A stretch of 64,000 nt of DNA, taken from contig CAVOXA010000010.1 in the NCBI GenBank assembly GCA_963700285.1, positions 32,001-96,000 of the forward strand, read 5' to 3'. How positions within the stretch are numbered: position 1 is the first letter of the stretch; each line of letters starts with the position of its first letter. The position numbers and the translations under genes were made by a program. The DNA comes from an uncultured Chloroflexia bacterium (lineage in GTDB: Bacteria > Chloroflexota > Anaerolineae > JAAYZQ01). This document shows positions 27,641 through 35,961 of this stretch, piece after piece. The notes under the pieces were generated by a model that was not told the origin of the DNA, searched no databases, and saw only the letters and a program-made list of their open reading frames with translations.

Positions 27641-30199
27641 CTATTGTAAGCTGATCTGCGAGCCCTGCTCTGTCTTGACCACCTCGATGCGGACCGGAAA
27701 GGCGTCCTTTAGTTCTTCGATGTGGGTGATCACCAGGATGCGGGCGAAATCATCCTGGATGGAATTGATAGCTTCAACGAGGCGGCCCCGCCCCTCAGCA
27801 TCCTGGGTACCAAAACCCTCGTCAATGACCAACAGTTGAAGCTGGGCGCCAGCGCGCCGGGCCAACAGCTTGCTCAAGGCGATGCGGATGGCAAAGTTGA
27901 CGCGAAAAGCTTCTCCTCCCGAAAACAGCTCGTAGGGCCGGGTTCCCAGATCGTCGGCAATGTTGATGTCCAGCGTCTCGACAGTATCGCCCTTGAGCGT
28001 TTCGCGCTGGGTCTCAAAGCGGACGTGCATCCGGCCCTCGGTCATGCGCGATAGCAAGTTGTTGGCCTCAAACTCGATCTCGGGGATGGCTGCTTCGATG
28101 ATCATGGCCTGGATGCCTTTCTTGCCAAATGCCAGGCGCAATTCGTCATAGACAGCCTTTTCCTCGGCCCGCTGCTTGCGGCTGGCCTCGTGCCGCGACC
28201 GTTCCTCGGCCAGATAGTGGCAATGGTCCAGTTTCTGCTGGGCCGCACCCAGGGCAAGGCGGGCCCTGGATGACTGGGCCTGGAGTTCATCGACTCCTCG
28301 TGCTCGAGCCTCAACCTCAACCAACACACCCGGCAAACGAGCCACATCGCTGGCCAGTGACTCCCGCTGCTGCCGGTCATCGGCCAGAGATTTCTGCCAG
28401 CGGCTCTGCCGGGTCAGGAGATCCTGCAACGCGGCACGATCCTCGTCCACTCGCTCTTGGGCGGCCTGGAGCTGCCGGTACAGTTCCTCAAAGTCGCCCA
28501 ATTCGGCAGCCTTGGCCTTGGCTGCCTCGTGGGCAATGCGGTCGTAGCCCAAGCGCTCCAGTTCAACGGACAGCCGGGCGAGTTGGGTCTGCTCATCGAC
28601 GGCATAGTCACCCGCCTGCAGGCGGGCCTGTAGCGCGGATAACTCTGCGCCTACTGAGTCCAGGCCGGTTGAAGCTGCCTGAGCCTCCTTGAGAGCCTGC
28701 TCCAGTTGGGCCTCCTGTCGCTGCACCGCAGTCTGCCCTGAGAGTTCATGCTCTAGCCGGCCTATCTCCGCTTGCAGCCTTTGCTGTTCGCGCTCGATCT
28801 CCCGGCCCCGGGCAGAATTCGCCCGGTAACTGTCAGCCAGCGCTCTGCCCTCGCCTTTGATCTGAGACAGCACCTGGTCTCGGTGATCATCGGACAAAGC
28901 CTGGCCACATACGGGGCATTGCGCTTCGCCTGTCTCCCGTTCCAGCAGTTTCATTCTTTCTTCTAGTTCATCGATCTCGCGGCGAAACTGCTGGTTGTGC
29001 ACTTGCAGGCCCGCAGCTTCCTCGGCCAGGGCCTGACTCTGAGTTCGGGCCCCGTCGCGCTGCGCTCCCTGCCCCGCCAGAAGGTCCAGTCGCTCGCGAA
29101 CCTCAGCAAGCCGGCGCTCGTGGAGCGGCAGTTGCGCGGCCCGGCCATCCAATTCCTGAGCCCGCTCGGCCAGGCGCCCCACCTTCAGATCGAGTTGGTG
29201 GCGGGCTGCATCCACCACGCGCTCCATCTCGTGCTGCCGGGTTCGGAGTCGCGTGTACCGAGCCAGCCTTTCATTCCATGTACCCTCGGCATGGCGGGCC
29301 TTGACCAAAGCAGCGTAGCCCTCCTCAACCTGCCGTCGTTCAGCGAGCAGTCTTTCGTTTGCGCCAATGCGTCGCTGCCGCTCAGAGATCTGCGCCTCAA
29401 TCTCGCCCACTTCCTGCTCGGCGCGGGACATCCGCCGCTCCAGGTCTTGCAGGCGAGCCTGCTGGGATTCGAGTGACTGCTGTTCGTGACGGATTTCCCG
29501 CAGTAGGGTCTCTGCCTCCTTGACCGATGCACTCAAGCCGGCTACGAGTTCCATGGCCCGAGCCAGTTCAACCTTGTACTCGGGCTGGCGAGCCAGTTCC
29601 CGATCTACATCCCGGAGCAGTCCGTCCAACTCCGCCACCTGGCGGTCCTTTTCCTTGGCCCTGTCCTTGGCCCGCTGTTCGTACTCGTCATACAGACTCA
29701 AACCTAGGATATCGCCCAGCACTCGCTTCCGCTCGACTGGCGTCCGGGTAGTAAAAGCGTCGGCCTTGCCCTGTAGCAAAAAGGCCGAATTGGTAAAGGT
29801 CTCATAGTCCATGCGGAGTAGGCGGTCGATGGTCGCCTGCGTAGCACGAATCGTAGGCTCGGCGATGGTACCAAACTGGCCATCGTGCTGAACCTGCAGA
29901 TCCAAAAGGGTACGGCCTCGCTTGGCGCTGTCGCGCTTGCGCAGTACGCGGTAGACCAACCCACCCAGGCCAAAGATGAACTCGACCTCCATCTCCGACT
30001 CGCCGAGATGGATTAGCTCGTCGTCACGCTTGGCGCGGGCCTTGCCCCACAGGACCCAGGTCATGGCATCCAGCAAGGCTGACTTGCCATGGCCATTGGC
30101 TCCCGTCAGACAGGCCAGGTGGATGCCGTCAAAAACCAGGGGCGGCACATTGTCACGATAGCACATAAAGTTGCGGACGCGGAGCTGAAGTGGGATCAA
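27641..30199 (-). CDS. sbcC: SbcC/Rad50 SMC-family ATPase
   Basis: GANGHGKS, coiled coil with CPVC zinc hook, FSGGE, IDEGFG. Confidence 0.92.
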   Translation of the reverse strand: MIPLQLRVRNFMCYRDNVPPLVFDGIHLACLTGANGHGKSALLDAMTWVLWGKARAKRDDELIHLGESEMEVEFIFGLGGLVYRVLRKRDSAKRGRTLLDLQVQHDGQFGTIAEPTIRATQATIDRLLRMDYETFTNSAFLLQGKADAFTTRTPVERKRVLGDILGLSLYDEYEQRAKDRAKEKDRQVAELDGLLRDVDRELARQPEYKVELARAMELVAGLSASVKEAETLLREIRHEQQSLESQQARLQDLERRMSRAEQEVGEIEAQISERQRRIGANERLLAERRQVEEGYAALVKARHAEGTWNERLARYTRLRTRQHEMERVVDAARHQLDLKVGRLAERAQELDGRAAQLPLHERRLAEVRERLDLLAGQGAQRDGARTQSQALAEEAAGLQVHNQQFRREIDELEERMKLLERETGEAQCPVCGQALSDDHRDQVLSQIKGEGRALADSYRANSARGREIEREQQRLQAEIGRLEHELSGQTAVQRQEAQLEQALKEAQAASTGLDSVGAELSALQARLQAGDYAVDEQTQLARLSVELERLGYDRIAHEAAKAKAAELGDFEELYRQLQAAQERVDEDRAALQDLLTRQSRWQKSLADDRQQRESLASDVARLPGVLVEVEARARGVDELQAQSSRARLALGAAQQKLDHCHYLAEERSRHEASRKQRAEEKAVYDELRLAFGKKGIQAMIIEAAIPEIEFEANNLLSRMTEGRMHVRFETQRETLKGDTVETLDINIADDLGTRPYELFSGGEAFRVNFAIRIALSKLLARRAGAQLQLLVIDEGFGTQDAEGRGRLVEAINSIQDDFARILVITHIEELKDAFPVRIEVVKTEQGSQISLQ

Positions 30200-30232
30200 G
30201 GTTCTCTATATCCTCTGTGATCCAAGTAGGGA

Positions 30233-30262
30233 GGCCCCGGCCACACGTACATGGCCGGGGCC
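30233..30262. terminator. Hairpin downstream of tRNA-Gly
   Basis: GGCCCCGGCCA...TGGCCGGGGCC stem. Confidence 0.5.
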
Positions 30263-30273
30263 GTTGCCCAAGC

Positions 30274-30348
<75 letters not shown>

Positions 30349-30386
30349 ACACTCGGGGCGGTCGGTTCCGAACCGGCCGCATGGAA

Positions 30387-30415
30387 AGTATACCCGATTT
30401 CGGTTCCCCTGTCAA
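30387..30415 (-). promoter_or_regulatory. Sigma70 promoter for tRNA-Gly
   Basis: TTGACA-17-TATACT on the minus strand. Confidence 0.75.
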
Positions 30416-30435
30416 CAGGGGTTGCCTACGTCTCA

Positions 30436-30657
30436 CTATTTCTTTGTTGCAGCGTGAACGTACTTGACGGCGTGCTTAAAGACAGCGACCTCCAGACCAT
30501 CTTCTCGCTTTAGAAACAGGGTGTATTGATCGTAGGCCTTGAGTACGCCTTGAACCGCTTTCCCATCCAGGAAAGCGATCAGGACTTCTCTGCCCTTCAG
30601 GCCCTGCAGAAACTGGTTCTGCGTCTGCTTTGGCATCTGGGTTGCTTCACTGGACAT
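30436..30657 (-). CDS. hfq: RNA chaperone Hfq (Sm-like)
   Basis: QNQFL helix, G...QG....DQY Sm1 motif, VFKHAV Sm2 motif; AGGAG RBS. Confidence 0.82.
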   Translation of the reverse strand: MSSEATQMPKQTQNQFLQGLKGREVLIAFLDGKAVQGVLKAYDQYTLFLKREDGLEVAVFKHAVKYVHAATKK

Positions 30658-30693
30658 CTAGATCTCTCCTGGTATTATAGATTTTGTGGGTGG

Positions 30694-30721
30694 TTGACAC
30701 CACCACCATTTGTGATAAGGT
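30694..30721 (+). promoter_or_regulatory. IS-internal promoter upstream of the recombinase
   Basis: TTGACA-16-TAAGGT with extended TG. Confidence 0.55.
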
Positions 30722-30836
30722 ATCTCCGCCCCACCATGTGGCGAGGCCGGAGCCCGTTGAATAAAGCGGGAGACGCACAGGGTGTCTGTCCCGTTCCGGC
30801 CTTAGCAGCGGGGACACCCATTTGGAGGTACCAGCT

Positions 30837-32168
30837 ATGAGCCGAAAGAAACGTACTCACCTGCGGGGTGAGCGAGGACAAGCCTTTGCCAACAAGATTC
30901 GAGGCATACCCTTGGAGCAGATCCTGTGCGTCTCCCTGGACATCCACAAGTACTTTCACGTAGTGATGATCCACAATGCCTTGGGCGAGATTGTGATGTC
31001 GACGTTCGAGATTGACATTTTCCAGACCGGGTTTGATTGTCTGTGCCAGGCCATCGACAGGGCGGTGACTCAGACGAATGCCAAGATTGTCTTGGTCGGC
31101 ATGGAGCCGACCGGGCATTACTTTGAGAGTCTGGCCCGACATCTGAACAACAGACCTCAGCCCGTGACGCTGATCAACAGCTTCGCTGTCAGCAGGAACC
31201 GGGACCAGCAGATGATGCATCGAGAGAAGGATGACGAGATCGATACTGCGGCTATTGGCGACCTGCTGCGCCGCGGCGAGGGCACGCCTTTCCAGCCAGT
31301 CAGTGGCATCTATCTGGAAATGCAGCATCTGTCTCGGGTACGACACAGCAAGGTCAAGATGCGGACTGCGTTGAAGAATCAGATCATCGGGCACCTGGAT
31401 CGTATCTTCCCTGGCTTGGTGATCAAGGGCAAAGTGGCCAGGGATCGCTACCAGCCGCTGTTTGTCACCGATTTCTGGTCGTGCCAGACTCTGCAGCACC
31501 TGATCCGTATCTGTCCTGACCCGGGCAAGTTGGCCGCGATGGCGCCCAAGGACCTGAGAAGTGCTTTCCACGAGCAAGGCTCTTCTATGGGTCCCAAGAC
31601 AGCCGCTAAAATCATCATCTATGCCCAGAAAGTGTTGCTGCCTGATCCCGAAGTGATCGCCATCCGCTCCGAGCTCCTGACTCATGATCTGGCTTTGCTG
31701 GAGGAAGTGGAACGGCACATCACCGAACTGGAGGATCGGTTGCACGCCTTGTTGCAGCAGACGCCCTACTGGGTCTGGACCAAAGTCAGGGGTCTCAGTA
31801 TGACCCAGGTAGCCAACTTGGCGGCCGCTATCGGTGCTCCCAGCCATTACACCTATGCGGCCCAGGTCTTTCGCCGCTCTGGCCTGGTAAGTGGCCGCAA
31901 CGATTCGGGCACTCGCCGGCACAAAGGCAAGGGCAAGCGGGTTGTCAAGACCGGCGACGTCTATTTGCGCCGAGACTTGATGACAGCCATCATCTCTTTG
32001 ATTCGGCATCAGCCTGTCTTGAACGAGTACTTCAAAGAACTCAACCGTACCAAGCATGCCGGTGTCGCTCGCGTGGCCACCGCCCGCAGGGCTATGGGCA
32101 TCCTGTGGGCCATGCAGCGCGATCAGCATTCGCGGACCTTGGTGCTCAAGCGAGGTGCCCAGATGTAG
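30837..32168 (+). CDS. IS110 family recombinase/transposase
   Basis: SLDIHK (D), GMEPTGHY (E), KDDEID (DD); C-terminal SG motif (NDSG) and KTGD..LR; GGAGG RBS. Confidence 0.95.
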   Translation: MSRKKRTHLRGERGQAFANKIRGIPLEQILCVSLDIHKYFHVVMIHNALGEIVMSTFEIDIFQTGFDCLCQAIDRAVTQTNAKIVLVGMEPTGHYFESLARHLNNRPQPVTLINSFAVSRNRDQQMMHREKDDEIDTAAIGDLLRRGEGTPFQPVSGIYLEMQHLSRVRHSKVKMRTALKNQIIGHLDRIFPGLVIKGKVARDRYQPLFVTDFWSCQTLQHLIRICPDPGKLAAMAPKDLRSAFHEQGSSMGPKTAAKIIIYAQKVLLPDPEVIAIRSELLTHDLALLEEVERHITELEDRLHALLQQTPYWVWTKVRGLSMTQVANLAAAIGAPSHYTYAAQVFRRSGLVSGRNDSGTRRHKGKGKRVVKTGDVYLRRDLMTAIISLIRHQPVLNEYFKELNRTKHAGVARVATARRAMGILWAMQRDQHSRTLVLKRGAQM

Positions 32169-32220
32169 ACAACTACGACAGCTTTCGCGTCGCGGGCCAA
32201 CGTCCGTTCGCGTAAACCCT

Positions 32221-32454
32221 ACAACTGAGCCGTTGCCATGGGCAGTGCGCCAGGCGGAACGGGGGTCGGCCGACCTTCTCCTTGAGGTTATCCAGACCCT
32301 CGACCAAAAGCCTGGACCGCCCCCGTTCCGTGGCGCTGAAACCCTGGATAAAGTTTGGTGAGCCCCTGCCTTCGGTACGCTCGAATACCAGGATAGGGAT
32401 AACAGTGCCCGTTGATTGGCCGCTGGCAAACTGTGCCTGCCTCTGTTCAGTTGT
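32221..32454 (+). ncRNA. Predicted IS110 bridge RNA (target- and donor-binding loops)
   Basis: Nested stems 32221-30/32445-54, 32233-38/32424-29, 32240-44/32406-10 and 32247-65/32320-36. The loops carry sequences matching the insertion flanks and the circle junction. Confidence 0.7.
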
Positions 32455-32676
32455 TTGGTATCACTCGTCCGGCTCATATCTGGCCTGCTATTTCGAAAAG
32501 CCTGTCTTTTGCGAGCTATGCTCGTGCACCTTTTCGGCATTCATTGGGAAAGGATTTGACTTCATGATAGTATGCTTTTGGAACCACTGAGACAGCGATT
32601 CCGATGAAATCACGGCATCAATTCTATTCCTCGGAGCTTTCCGCCGAGCCAAAGGGCTCACAACTTCCGAGGTCCG

Positions 32677-33573
32677 TTAGCCTGCAATCAGCAGGCCGAT
32701 GGCTACCAGCACCGGTGTGGCAACGGTCAGGAGGACGTTGTAGCCCAGGTAAGGTATCAGTTTCCCCACATCGTCGGCATAGCGGTATACCCCCAGCGCC
32801 GTGGGAACTGCGACCAAGATGGTGAGGAGACCCAGGAGACTGGCAACAGGCAGCAGCGCCGACAGAACACCAGCGACGATGGTGAGGTAGGTCAGGGAGA
32901 GAAACAAGCCGTAGATGAGACTACTCTTCTTTCTGCCCAGGACGATAGGATAATGCCGCCGGCCCACGCACTCGTCTGCCTCCACGTCGGGGAACTGATT
33001 CAGTAGCAGCAGGTCGCTGACCAGGAAAGTGGGCACCAGTGACGCAACCAAAGCCGTCCAGGTGTATTCGCCAGTGAGGACAAAATCAGTACCCATGACC
33101 ATCAACAACCCAAAGCCAAGACCTGGCGCCATAAGACACAGAAGCGGTGAATGGGTAACCCAGGGCGTATAGGCAACGATGACGAGCACGCCAAGGATCC
33201 CCAGAGGCAGGATAGACCAGCCCCAGACGGCCAGAAAAAAGAGGCCGATCAGGACCGTGACCGTCAGCGCGACTAGGCCAATGGTCAATGCCGAACGCGC
33301 CATCTCGGGCCTGGCGGCTAGGGTGCCACTTCCACCACTGAAGGGAGTGCGCTGAGTCTGGAGGTCCAAACCACTGCGGAAATCAAAGTATTCATTCAGG
33401 GCGTTGACACTAACGTGGGCGGCAGTTGCGCCAACGAAGGCCAGGACAACGTGAACGGGGTCAAGCTGGCCCCGGGTCCAGACGGCTGTACCCACGCCCA
33501 GCAGTACGCAGGCCAGCGGCAGCACAAGAAAAGGCAGGCGCATGGGCCCCAAGAGGGCTTTGGGTGAGTTCAT
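32677..33573 (-). CDS. menA: UbiA-family prenyltransferase (MenA-like)
   Basis: MRLPFL, NALNEYFDF...D, FSGGSG, NQFPDVEAD. Confidence 0.8.
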   Translation of the reverse strand: MNSPKALLGPMRLPFLVLPLACVLLGVGTAVWTRGQLDPVHVVLAFVGATAAHVSVNALNEYFDFRSGLDLQTQRTPFSGGSGTLAARPEMARSALTIGLVALTVTVLIGLFFLAVWGWSILPLGILGVLVIVAYTPWVTHSPLLCLMAPGLGFGLLMVMGTDFVLTGEYTWTALVASLVPTFLVSDLLLLNQFPDVEADECVGRRHYPIVLGRKKSSLIYGLFLSLTYLTIVAGVLSALLPVASLLGLLTILVAVPTALGVYRYADDVGKLIPYLGYNVLLTVATPVLVAIGLLIAG

Positions 33574-33577
33574 CGTC

Positions 33578-34564
33578 TTAGTACCTCTCCAAGATCGGGC
33601 TTATGGGCATTGATGCTGCCGGTCCCGCTGATATAAGCCCGGCCATCTCCGCAGCGATCCGCACCGTCTGCAGGTGGACCTCTACCGTGTCCTGTACCCT
33701 GCGGCCGTAGCCACCGGCCATCACGATGGCAACTGGCAGGGCGGCATGGCGGCACATCGAGAGCACCAAACGATCTCGTTCCGCCAGACCAGCCTTGGTC
33801 AAGGCCAATCGCCCCAAAAGATCGCCTTCATGGGGATCGGCGCCGGCCAGATAGATGGCCAGCCGTCGGCCTTGAGCGTTCGAACCGGAGGAGTAGGTAA
33901 AGGCTTGGCCCAGGGCGCACCGCACCCCGGGCACCAGGGCTTGCAGGTACGCCGCATCCCCGGTACCGTCATCCAGCCCAATGTCCAGATCGCTCTGCTC
34001 CTTGAACAGCGGAAAGTTATTCTCGTTGTGGATGGAAAAAGAAAAGATGGTGGGGTCGCCGGTGACAATCGATGCCGTACCGTTCCCCTGATGGACGTCA
34101 CAATCCAGGACCACGATCTGTTCAACGCGGCTCTCAACCTGCATGGTACGGGCAGCGATAACGGCGTCGTTAAAGAGGCAGTATCCCTGGCCGCGATCGC
34201 GGAAAGCGTGGTGAGTGCCGCCGGACAGGCTGACGGCGATGCCGTCAGAGAGAGCCGCCCGGCAGGCCGCAATGGTCCCGCCGGCTGACCGTCGCGCCCT
34301 TACCACCAACTCTGGCGACCAGGGCAGGCCGATACGCCGGATCTCCTTGGGTGTGAGATCCCCCGCCTCCACCCGCGCCAAATAGTCCGCATCGTGGGCA
34401 AGCAGGATCTGCTCGTCAGTGGCCTCCTCAGGCACGATGAGGTCGTCCGCCGAGACCAGGCGCGCAGCGACGACAGCTTCCCGCAGCAGGCCATACTTTT
34501 GGCTGGGAAAGCGGTGCCCTTGGGGCAGCGGAAATTGGAATTGATCGGTATAGAAGACTCTCAC
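33578..34564 (-). CDS. Histone deacetylase family protein
   Basis: [33 protein letters not shown]. Confidence 0.93.
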   Translation of the reverse strand: MRVFYTDQFQFPLPQGHRFPSQKYGLLREAVVAARLVSADDLIVPEEATDEQILLAHDADYLARVEAGDLTPKEIRRIGLPWSPELVVRARRSAGGTIAACRAALSDGIAVSLSGGTHHAFRDRGQGYCLFNDAVIAARTMQVESRVEQIVVLDCDVHQGNGTASIVTGDPTIFSFSIHNENNFPLFKEQSDLDIGLDDGTGDAAYLQALVPGVRCALGQAFTYSSGSNAQGRRLAIYLAGADPHEGDLLGRLALTKAGLAERDRLVLSMCRHAALPVAIVMAGGYGRRVQDTVEVHLQTVRIAAEMAGLISAGPAASMPISPILERY

Positions 34565-34604
34565 GCTGGCCAGCCTTGTGAAGGCTCACAGCTTTCACGA
34601 GGTT

Positions 34605-35693
34605 CTAGCGGACCTTGCCCCGGCCCTGAATGGGCCATACGACTTCCACGATGCCATCCCGTATGCCAACCAACTGGTCGTGCAGGCAGACAGTCACATC
34701 TCCATAACCTACGACGAAATCCAGGGTGTCGCCAACTTTTATCTCTGAATTGGGCGCTGCCAGCACGAGCGTGCCATGCTCGGCCGACATGGAAGTAGAC
34801 TCAACGCCGGTAAGGCCCACAGCTTGCGGGGTGGCATGCCAGGTGGGCAGCGTCTTGAAACCAGCGTCCACGATGATACGTTCGGGAACCGGCCGGCTGG
34901 TAACCAGGGTACGGACGAACAAGGCAGGTTTCGTTTCCACCCCCCAGCGCTGGCTGGCCACATCGCCAAAGATGGCGCCCCCGGCCTGGATCTCGGTGAT
35001 ACCTGGTTGGAAGGCGGTAACGTAAAAGGTACCGGTCCCGCCGGCGCTGACGATATTCACCGGCAAGCCGGCCGCCCGGCAGCGCTCGGCGCTGTCCACG
35101 AGCAGCCCGACGGCCTCCTCGATCACGGGCTTGCGCCCCTCCAGTGTAGGTTCGCCCCGAGCATGACCCTCCCAGGCCATGAGCCCCTCGTACCGCAGGC
35201 CTGGGGTGTCGTACACGAGGCGGGACAGTTCCAGGGCCGGCAGGCCAGGGGCGACGCCGGCGCGATGCATGCCGACCTCCACCTCCACCAAAACACCTAT
35301 CTCCACACCCTTGGCCCTGGCCGCGGCACCCAGCTCGGCGACGTTGGATGGGTTGTCGACGGCCACTTTCACGTCAGCATGGCGGCGGAGGTTGGCCAGG
35401 CGGGCCGCCTTCGTCGGGCCCACAATCTGGTTGGCAATGAGAATATCGGTGATGCCGGCAGCAGCCATCACCTCCGCTTCGGCCAGCTTTGCGCAGGTGA
35501 CGCCGATGGCGCTGGCGGCTATCGCCTGGTGAGCGATGGCTGGCACCTTAATGCCCTTGGTGTGAGGGCGCCAAGACACTCCCGCCGCCTGAAAGTAACC
35601 TGCCAAATAGGCGATATTACTCTCCAGGACGTCCAAGTCCACCCAGAGTACAGGCGTATCCAAATCAGATATTCTGCAGTCGATTTCGGTCAT
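34605..35693 (-). CDS. DSD1/D-threonine aldolase family PLP enzyme (alanine racemase fold)
   Basis: DTP..VD, RPHTK, CAKLAEAE, GGTG, DAGFK, SAEHG. Confidence 0.9.
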   Translation of the reverse strand: MTEIDCRISDLDTPVLWVDLDVLESNIAYLAGYFQAAGVSWRPHTKGIKVPAIAHQAIAASAIGVTCAKLAEAEVMAAAGITDILIANQIVGPTKAARLANLRRHADVKVAVDNPSNVAELGAAARAKGVEIGVLVEVEVGMHRAGVAPGLPALELSRLVYDTPGLRYEGLMAWEGHARGEPTLEGRKPVIEEAVGLLVDSAERCRAAGLPVNIVSAGGTGTFYVTAFQPGITEIQAGGAIFGDVASQRWGVETKPALFVRTLVTSRPVPERIIVDAGFKTLPTWHATPQAVGLTGVESTSMSAEHGTLVLAAPNSEIKVGDTLDFVVGYGDVTVCLHDQLVGIRDGIVEVVWPIQGRGKVR

Positions 35694-35961
35694 GGGGTTT
35701 GCCTCGCTTGAGAATAGGGTTTTTCAGTCGTGGTTGCCATCTGGTCAACACCGCCGGAGGCGCGTAACGCTGTACGATATGTCTGTTGGGCCCCCTGCCT
35801 CTCTCCTACCTGGCCACCCCATTATGCATCAAAAAGACGAGATCGACAAGCGCACGCTGAGCCGGGGAGGAAACAGGAGTCGGTGTTCTTGCTCGCATCG
35901 CCTCCATCTTTGATGCACCACTGGAGCCGTGGTATAATGGCTGCCAGCGAGGAAATCTGGC

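Larger units (their letters stand above)
30672..32574 (+). mobile_element. IS110 family insertion sequence (about 1.9 kb, TG core, no terminal IRs)
   Basis: DEDD recombinase gene. TG at 30670-71 and 32573-74 brackets the element, and the boundaries are supported by guide matches in the 3' non-coding end. TTGACT near the right end. Confidence 0.82.

Noticed and set aside
32394-32405. TAGGGATAACAG, the first 12 nt of the I-SceI site
   Set aside because: The remaining bases do not match, and it lies inside the predicted bridge RNA; treated as coincidence.
30675-32540. 621-aa antisense ORF across the IS110 (and similar long shadow ORFs at 4184-5722, 41044-42282 and 47890-48867)
   Set aside because: They lie opposite well-supported genes in GC-rich DNA and have no recognisable motifs.
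30677-32570. Alternative IS boundaries using ATAG or GTAT as the duplicated core
   Set aside because: Only the TG core makes all four guide segments abut the crossover. The empty allele is still needed for proof.
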